In this document: positions 9,605 to 14,951 of the stretch, in pieces | How the letters are laid out: each line of letters begins with the position of its first letter | How positions within the stretch are numbered: the first letter of the stretch is position 1 | Source of the DNA: an uncultured virus (IMG/VR IMGVR_UViG_3300011375_000006) | Lineage: Duplodnaviria; Heunggongvirae; Uroviricota; Caudoviricetes | DNA: 20,000 nt | Virus record (IMG/VR): IMGVR_UViG_3300011375_000006 | Direction: 5' to 3' (one strand) | Made by a program: the position numbers and the translations under genes | The notes under the pieces: model-generated | The model's database searches: none | Told to the model about the DNA's origin: nothing | Seen by the model: only the letters and a program-made list of their open reading frames with translations

Positions 9605-12079
9605 ATGCGCCAGGAATGTATTAACGCAGTTCAACAGGCAGCGCAGCGCACCCTTACCGCTCGCGAAATCCAGAATATCGAAGATCGCATTTACCGCAAT
9701 ATGCGCCAGCTTGCACGTAATGATCCGGCATCCTGGCGGCAGATGACCGATGCGGAACGGCTGCGCCGCGCCGGGCAACTGGCGGCGGACGAATTGCAGC
9801 AGGAAGCAGGACTGAAGCGCCGCCGCGTTGCCCTGACTATTGCAGCGCGCCAGCGGCTGGACACATTCATTAACAGCTACCAGGGTACCGACGGGAAGCT
9901 GGGCGCTCTTAACCGCACGATCGCCTTCAGTGCTGACGGGAAATCTAATTTCCTGTCTGTCGAGTCGCGCGGAAAGGCCACGCGTGACTATGCGCTCAGC
10001 CAGATCCAGGAAGCGTTTGAAGCCGTTGATCCCCGCTTTTTCCACCTTTTCGAAGATGAAAAGGGAGTCCGTGATCTGGTATTCGAAATTCGCGGGCAGG
10101 ACACGGGCAACGTCAAGGCGAAGAAGGGGGCAAAGGCCTGGTCAGACGTTACTGAACTACTGCGCCGCCGGTTCAACGATGCAGGTGGTGATATCGGCTA
10201 TCTGGAAAACTGGGGCATCCCTCAACACCACTCAATGGAGAAGGTCGGAAAGGTATCAAAAGAGAGGTGGGTAAGCGACGTAATCGGCAAACTGGACCGA
10301 AAATATTACATCAAGGAGGATGGCCAGTTGATGAGCGACGCTGAGGTTACGGCGTTCCTCGGCGAGGCATACAACACGATTGCTACTGGTGGTCTGAACA
10401 AGCTGAGCGATTCCGGTCTGCGCTTGTCCGGAGCACGGGCCAATCGCGGCAATGCGTCACGCCAGATTCATTTTAAGGATGCTGATTCCTACCTTGAATA
10501 CCAGAATCAGTACGGTGACAGATCCCTGTGGGAAGTGATGGTAGGGCATCTGGAGGGCATCAGCAAAGATATCGCGCTGGTAGAAACCTACGGCCCAAAC
10601 CCGGATCATGTTTTCCGGTCTATTCTCGATGAGGTGACAGCAGAGACCGCCACGGCTAACCCGCAACGGCGTGGCAGTATTAAAAATTTATCCAATAAAA
10701 CTGAGAATCTTTACAACTTCATTTCCGGGAAAACTCAGCCAATAGCCAACCCTCATATAGCGCAATGGTCGGATAACATCCGTAACTGGATGGTGGCAAG
10801 TCGCCTGGGGTCCGCGCTGCTGGCGTCATTCTCTGACCTGGGCACCATGTATCTTTCGGCGAAGGTAACCAATCTGCCGATGAACCAGCTTTTTCGCAAC
10901 CAGCTTGAAGCGATGGACCCGACAAACCGCGTCGAGCTGGCCCGCGCGCGCCGCGCCGGTCTGGCGATGGAATCCCTGCTGGGCAGCGTTAACCGCTGGG
11001 CAATGGATAATATGGGGCCGTCTAAAGCGCGGTGGGCAGCAACCGCAGTAATGCGGGCCAGCGGTCTTACCGCATGGTCAGACGCGCACAAACGCGCTTA
11101 CGGCGTAACGATGATGGGCAGCCTGGGCGAGGTCGTTTCACGATCGCCGGATTTGCGCAGCCTCGATGACGCGGATTTCCGTATTCTGAAAAGCAAAGGC
11201 ATTACCGAGCAGGATTTCAGTGTGTGGAAGCTGGCAGATCAGGAAGACTGGGGGAAAGGCAACAACACAATGTTGACGCCGGAAAGCATTATGCGCATTC
11301 CTGACGACGCGGTTAAACACCTGGGCGCGCCGGAGCGGGTTAAATTCGAGGCTATGCGTAAGCTACTTGGCGCGGTGGCGGAAGAGGTGGACATGGCGGT
11401 GATTACGCCGGGCGCAAGGGAACAGATGATCACCGGTGGCGGCCTGCAACGCGGAACCTGGCCAGGCGAGCTTGTGCGCAGCGTATTTCTGTTCAAAAGC
11501 TTTCCAATCTCGGTGGTAATGCGACACTGGTCGCGCGCGATGGGGATGCCTTACGCTGGTGGCCGCGCTGCCTACATCGGTACATTTATCGCCAGCACAA
11601 CGATCCTTGGCGCACTGTCGCAGCAACTGAACGATATGGCATCCGGACGTAACCCGCGTGAGATGACCGGCGAGGATGCGCCAAAATTCTGGCTCGGTGC
11701 ATTGCTGAAAGGCGGCGGCCTCGGGTTATATGGCGACTTCCTGCTGTCAGACCACACGCGCTATGGCGGTGATGCCCTGGCGTCAATGCTTGGCCCGGTA
11801 GCCGGACTGGTGGACGATGTGGTTAAACTGGGGCAGGGCATCCCGCTTAACGCTGTTGAAGGCAAGCCAGAACAGACCGGCGGTGATCTGGTTAAACTTG
11901 GCAAGGGTCTCATTCCAGGCGCTAATCTGTGGTATGCAAAAGCCGCACTTGACCATATGATATTTAACCAGTTACAGGAATACTTCTCGCCTGGCTACCT
12001 GCGTAAGGTTGAGCAGAGATCGAAGAAGGAATTTAATCAAACATACTGGTGGCGACCGCAAGATGTTACGCCGCAATAA
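9605..12079 (+). CDS. Large internal virion (ejection) protein
   Basis: 824 aa; MRQECINAV start, LFKSFPI and GGGLGLYGDFL motifs, hydrophobic C-terminal third; last gene of the ejection cluster. Confidence 0.78.
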   Translation: MRQECINAVQQAAQRTLTAREIQNIEDRIYRNMRQLARNDPASWRQMTDAERLRRAGQLAADELQQEAGLKRRRVALTIAARQRLDTFINSYQGTDGKLGALNRTIAFSADGKSNFLSVESRGKATRDYALSQIQEAFEAVDPRFFHLFEDEKGVRDLVFEIRGQDTGNVKAKKGAKAWSDVTELLRRRFNDAGGDIGYLENWGIPQHHSMEKVGKVSKERWVSDVIGKLDRKYYIKEDGQLMSDAEVTAFLGEAYNTIATGGLNKLSDSGLRLSGARANRGNASRQIHFKDADSYLEYQNQYGDRSLWEVMVGHLEGISKDIALVETYGPNPDHVFRSILDEVTAETATANPQRRGSIKNLSNKTENLYNFISGKTQPIANPHIAQWSDNIRNWMVASRLGSALLASFSDLGTMYLSAKVTNLPMNQLFRNQLEAMDPTNRVELARARRAGLAMESLLGSVNRWAMDNMGPSKARWAATAVMRASGLTAWSDAHKRAYGVTMMGSLGEVVSRSPDLRSLDDADFRILKSKGITEQDFSVWKLADQEDWGKGNNTMLTPESIMRIPDDAVKHLGAPERVKFEAMRKLLGAVAEEVDMAVITPGAREQMITGGGLQRGTWPGELVRSVFLFKSFPISVVMRHWSRAMGMPYAGGRAAYIGTFIASTTILGALSQQLNDMASGRNPREMTGEDAPKFWLGALLKGGGLGLYGDFLLSDHTRYGGDALASMLGPVAGLVDDVVKLGQGIPLNAVEGKPEQTGGDLVKLGKGLIPGANLWYAKAALDHMIFNQLQEYFSPGYLRKVEQRSKKEFNQTYWWRPQDVTPQ

Positions 12080-12090
12080 GGATGATAGGG

Positions 12091-12471
12091 ATGAAAAAAT
12101 TAATTCTGGCTATAGGGATAATATTGCTCGTTGGCTGCCAGACAGCGGCACAGTTTGAACGCAATATGATCACTTGGCGCGGTCAGCCTATTGAATCGTT
12201 GACTCAGCAATGGGGCTATCCTAACGGCGAGCTAACATCACCTGATGGAAACCAGGTTTATGTTTACTCAAACAGTGGCTCGTATAACGTGCCGCAAACA
12301 ACTACGTATAATACCACCTCTAATGTTATCGGTAATACCGTATATTCAAATACGTATGCAACAACAAATGGTGGATATACCATCAACTTCAGTTGCACAA
12401 TTTATGTAGAGTTTGGCAAAGACAAAGTAATAAAGAATATTTCGTGGCGAGGGAATAACTGCGTAGCGTGA
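12091..12471 (+). CDS. Outer-membrane lipoprotein moron (BamE/SmpA-like fold possible)
   Basis: Start ATG 12091; signal peptide MKKLILAIGIILLVG-C (lipobox LVGC), +2 residue Q; AT-richer than upstream genes. Confidence 0.8.
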   Translation: MKKLILAIGIILLVGCQTAAQFERNMITWRGQPIESLTQQWGYPNGELTSPDGNQVYVYSNSGSYNVPQTTTYNTTSNVIGNTVYSNTYATTNGGYTINFSCTIYVEFGKDKVIKNISWRGNNCVA

Positions 12472-12497
12472 CACGTCACTAATGCCGTTGCGCCCAC

Positions 12498-12523
12498 AAA
12501 AAAGCCCGCTATGCGGGCTTCTT
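12498..12523. terminator. Bidirectional intrinsic terminator between convergent genes
   Basis: AAAAAA-GCCCGC-TAT-GCGGGC-TTCTT. The A-run gives a U-tract on the - strand; TTCTT is the tail on the + strand. Confidence 0.75.
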
Positions 12524-13024
12524 AACTTGGTAATCCTGATGCCATGGGTTCTTATCTCTGCCCATAGGTCTCCCAGAGATCGATTCGTAGAATTTATCTG
12601 CTAACTCTGCTACAAATTGAACAGAAGACTCAAATTCTGCTTCCTTATGGGCCGGAGGGAACCAAAAATCTAAAACTCCGGCATTTCTATTTTCACATAC
12701 TGCGTAGATTAAATAGGCATCAGAAGTAGGGATTTGCTTTTCATAACCACCAGGCCCATAACGACCGGTGGTCCAGTTATTCCAGCACTCCTGAGTTCCA
12801 CTAAAGCCGTAGGCATTAGTGTATAAACCAATGTTTACATGCACTTTTCTTAAATGGATAGGATAAACGCAAGGTGGTTTGTGAAAAAGAGTATCCTTGC
12901 CAAAATCAGGGTGGTGACCGAATCGCCAATGATAAATAAAGGAATCTTTAAAACCCTTTAACGTAGCATCAGTTTTGAATTGGGACTCAGAGTAGATGCT
13001 GCCAGAAAATTTATTCAGGGCCAT
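12509..13024 (-). CDS. yafO: YafO-family toxin (mRNA interferase)
   Basis: FGKDTLFHKPP, LRKVHV, TSDAYLIY and PPAH motifs typical of the YafO family. Likely start ATG 13024 overlaps the end of the upstream gene (ORF track start 13036 is GTG). Confidence 0.8.
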   Translation of the reverse strand: MALNKFSGSIYSESQFKTDATLKGFKDSFIYHWRFGHHPDFGKDTLFHKPPCVYPIHLRKVHVNIGLYTNAYGFSGTQECWNNWTTGRYGPGGYEKQIPTSDAYLIYAVCENRNAGVLDFWFPPAHKEAEFESSVQFVAELADKFYESISGRPMGRDKNPWHQDYQVKKPA

Positions 13025-13352
13025 CGAAGCAGGCACTCTTCAAGCGTTCTTCACGCGCATCAGATAAATCACGAGAAATTTTGCAGGCTTCAGTGAAGGA
13101 TAACGCTTTCACTCGAGGAACATTGCCAGCCTCAGCAGAACCTGCATCTTTCAAAACGTCAGTAGATGGTGGATAGCGAAATACCACATGTGTGCCACGA
13201 ACTATTTGATAGCCAAGCTTTTTTGCCAAGGCATCAAAATTAGTCATACGGTGAGTTCTGCGCAAGCCAATCCTAGCTTTCAGCTTGCGCTTGCGAATAG
13301 AAGGCTTTTTGCCTTTTTCTTCAGCCGCAATCAGAGCAACTATTTTTGACAT
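13011..13352 (-). CDS. Hypothetical protein, putative non-canonical antitoxin of the YafO-like toxin
   Basis: ORF overlaps the toxin start by 14 nt. GGAG RBS fits ATG 13352 better than 13358. Lys/Arg-rich N-half; no Phd/YefM motif visible. Confidence 0.6.
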   Translation of the reverse strand: MSKIVALIAAEEKGKKPSIRKRKLKARIGLRRTHRMTNFDALAKKLGYQIVRGTHVVFRYPPSTDVLKDAGSAEAGNVPRVKALSFTEACKISRDLSDAREERLKSACFDGPE

Positions 13353-13387
13353 GGACATCTCCGCATATTAACTCAACAAAATGTTGA

Positions 13388-13404
13388 ATTACCTTTTGGG
13401 TAAT
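13388..13404. promoter_or_regulatory. Palindromic operator ATTACC-N5-GGTAAT (putative phage repressor site)
   Basis: Perfect palindrome ATTACC-TTTTG-GGTAAT; same half-sites recur at 14830-14846. Confidence 0.65.
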
Positions 13405-13431
13405 ATTACTCAAATAATATCAATTATGCAA
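13403..13431 (-). promoter_or_regulatory. sigma70 promoter of the putative antitoxin-toxin operon
   Basis: - strand TTGCAT (13431-13426), 17-nt spacer, TAATAT (13408-13403). Confidence 0.55.
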
Positions 13432-13495
13432 AGTGAATCAGCGTGAGCCACAGTGATGCTCACATCTCAACAACGGCGCATCCCTGCGCCTTCAA

Positions 13496-14176
13496 TCAGA
13501 ACTCGCCAGCGCTATTATTGATGAACTGCGCATGTGTCTGGATATCGCGCAGGCACTTACTGGCCCCTACGATGTAGTTCACCATAGTGGTGAACTCCGC
13601 CGCCGCGCCGGAAACGTCGTGCCCGTCCTCCTCCATCTGGCGCAGCATGTTCATCAGCATTGAGTATTCCGTCAGGCCAACCACACCTTCAGGGGAGTGG
13701 ATAAAATCACGGTATCCAGGTTTAAGTGGGTAGTCGTATGTATGGTGGTTCTCTGTCTTCATTGCTTCCAGGATGGCTGGCATGAAGCTGGCAACAACCT
13801 TCTGAGCTTTATCAGCCGGCGATAACTCTTCACGAACGTAGCGGCCTGTGCGGCGGATCTGCGGCAGTACTTCAGAGGTCACCCATTTGCGGAAACGGTA
13901 GGGGATGGTTCCCGGCGTCACCGCGTCACGGCAGCGCAGGATCAGGGTATAGAGGCCGGACTCGGAGATGATAGTAAAATCTTGATGGCCACCAAGGGTA
14001 TGCATTGAATGCACACCCTTTTCATCGTCGTCCAGTGCGCGCATTGCGCTGGCAGAATGCTTAATTCCGATTGCACTGCAAACGTCTGCAGCCACGAACC
14101 ATGGATTACCATCGACCATAACAGCGCGAATATTGCAGTTTGATTCGAAAGAAAAAACAGCAGGTTTAGTGTTCAT
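13496..14176 (-). CDS. BRO-N domain antirepressor fused to a C-terminal SPC32H-type Ant domain
   Basis: N-term IRAVMVDGNPWFVAADVC...ISESGLYTLIL...FRKWVTSEVLPQIRRTGRY = BRO-N. C-terminal 80 aa align without gaps to ORF 14494-14754 (33/69 identical by hand count). Confidence 0.88.
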   Translation of the reverse strand: MNTKPAVFSFESNCNIRAVMVDGNPWFVAADVCSAIGIKHSASAMRALDDDEKGVHSMHTLGGHQDFTIISESGLYTLILRCRDAVTPGTIPYRFRKWVTSEVLPQIRRTGRYVREELSPADKAQKVVASFMPAILEAMKTENHHTYDYPLKPGYRDFIHSPEGVVGLTEYSMLMNMLRQMEEDGHDVSGAAAEFTTMVNYIVGASKCLRDIQTHAQFINNSAGEF

Positions 14177-14183
14177 GTGATCA

Positions 14184-14222
14184 CCTTTGTAGTCAGGTTA
14201 ATCACCACCGAAGGTCTCAATC
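14184..14222 (-). promoter_or_regulatory. a2/b2 antisense target sites overlapping the BRO-ant RBS
   Basis: - strand GATTGAGACC (14222-14213) and ACTACAAAGG (14193-14184); b2 runs into AAAGGTGA Shine-Dalgarno before ATG 14176. Confidence 0.75.
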
Positions 14223-14419
14223 TTGCTGGTGGTGAACTGAGCGGGGTTGAGACTACCGGCTACAAAGGACCCGGCCAGCCCGAAGGCTGCCCCGCCCAGC
14301 CCACCATTGAATAGATGTGGCCGTGCTTTACGCAATAAAAAACCGCTTACGCGGCATATGCGCCTTTGTAGTGTTCGGGGTCTCAATCCCGGCACCAGAT
14401 TTTGCTGGTGCATAACCAC
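14198..14419 (-). CDS. Ash/Icd-like leader ORF overlapping the C4-like RNA (may not be translated)
   Basis: C-terminal GLAGSFVAGSLNPAQFTTSKIETFGGD resembles 'Ash family' ORFs, which are commonly the conceptual translation of C4/CI RNA loci. Confidence 0.3.
   Translation of the reverse strand: MVMHQQNLVPGLRPRTLQRRICRVSGFLLRKARPHLFNGGLGGAAFGLAGSFVAGSLNPAQFTTSKIETFGGD
14230..14306 (-). ncRNA. C4-like antisense RNA (P1/P7 C4, P4 CI family)
   Basis: 77-nt cloverleaf. Closing stem UGGUGGGCUGGGCGGGG / CCCCGCUCAGUUCACCA, hairpin CAGCC-UUCG-GGCUG, loop b' CCUUUGUAG and a' GUCUCAA complementary to flanking a1/b1 and a2/b2 sites. Confidence 0.82.
14337..14388 (-). promoter_or_regulatory. a1/b1 antisense target sites plus attenuator-like hairpin
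   Basis: - strand GATTGAGACC (14388-14379), ACTACAAAGG (14372-14363), then CCGC-GTAA-GCGG-TTTTTT (14354-14337). Confidence 0.7.
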
Positions 14420-14446
14420 TATGGCGCAGTGTGCAATTAAAGTAAA
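14418..14446 (-). promoter_or_regulatory. Putative sigma70 promoter for the C4-like/BRO-ant transcript
   Basis: - strand TTTACT, 17-nt spacer, CATAGT. Confidence 0.45.
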
Positions 14447-14493
14447 TGCACCTGTAAGGTAACAATCTCACTCATGCATGAATAAATCAAGTC

Positions 14494-14754
14494 TTATCTG
14501 GTTTGCTTCCTGACAATCGCCGCACAGTAATCCAGGTGCGTTGCCACATCGTCGAGTGACATTTTGGTGCTCACCACATAGTTTATCAGCGCTACCAGTT
14601 CGGCCATCGCGCCGCCGACGTCATGCCCATCATCGTCCAGTTCTCTAAGCAATTCCATAAGTTGGGAATTTTCTACCAGGGATTGGACGCCTCCCGGCGT
14701 GTGTACTTCTTGAGCATATCCAGCTTTAAGGGGCTTGTTGTACGGACGTGGCAT
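14494..14754 (-). CDS. ant: SPC32H-type antirepressor Ant (86 aa)
   Basis: Start moved to ATG 14754 (GGAG RBS). HTPGGVQSLVENSQLMELLRELDDDG...AELVALINYV...THLDYCA closely resembles SPC32H Ant as recalled; same position (divergent from tailspike) with an upstream SOS-like box. Confidence 0.82.
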   Translation of the reverse strand: MPRPYNKPLKAGYAQEVHTPGGVQSLVENSQLMELLRELDDDGHDVGGAMAELVALINYVVSTKMSLDDVATHLDYCAAIVRKQTR

Positions 14755-14773
14755 AACATCGTCTCCATGAATG

Positions 14774-14793
14774 TACTGTATGGATATACATAT
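14774..14793. promoter_or_regulatory. LexA (SOS) box upstream of ant
   Basis: TACTGTATGGATATACATAT vs consensus TACTGTATATATATACAGTA; CTGT-N8-ACAT with one mismatch in the right half-site. Confidence 0.7.
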
Positions 14794-14829
14794 AACAAAT
14801 GGTAGGGCTTTTATCCAGCACAAACGATA

Positions 14830-14846
14830 ATTACCTTAATGGTAAT
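14830..14846. promoter_or_regulatory. Palindromic operator ATTACC-N5-GGTAAT between divergent ant and tailspike genes
   Basis: Perfect palindrome ATTACC-TTAAT-GGTAAT; matches the epsilon15-group repressor operator as recalled. Confidence 0.7.
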
Positions 14847-14872
14847 AAGATTTAATTTGTTATCTTGTTTGA

Positions 14873-14901
14873 TTCATATACGGATTTGTGGGTTATAGAA
14901 T
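14873..14901 (+). promoter_or_regulatory. Putative promoter for tailspike gene
   Basis: TTCATA, 17-nt spacer, TAGAAT in an AT-rich intergenic region. Confidence 0.4.
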
Positions 14902-14951
14902 AACCAGATATGGCCGCGCGCCGGGCGCAGCAATCATCTGGAGAACTGACG

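Noticed and set aside
1121..11786. Numerous antisense and out-of-frame ORFs within structural genes (e.g. 1121-1627, 6391-7020, 8522-9223)
   Set aside because: Shadow ORFs of GC-rich coding sequence; no recognisable motifs or RBS
13475..13490. GGCGCA-TCCC-TGCGCC hairpin after BRO-ant as a strong terminator
   Set aside because: No clear U-tract on the - strand (GTTGTTG), so read-through into the toxin operon cannot be excluded; not called
14230..14306. tRNA gene
   Set aside because: 77 nt with a CCA end, but lacks D-loop, T-loop and anticodon arm consensus; better explained as a C4-like RNA
14184..14388. Repeats as a CRISPR array or invertible-segment ends
   Set aside because: Only 7-10 nt, arranged a-b / b'-a' / a-b; no spacers and no recombinase nearby
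14198..14419. Ash-like ORF as a real protein gene
   Set aside because: Starts essentially at the predicted -10, has no RBS, and its conserved residues are explained by C4 RNA structure; kept only at low confidence
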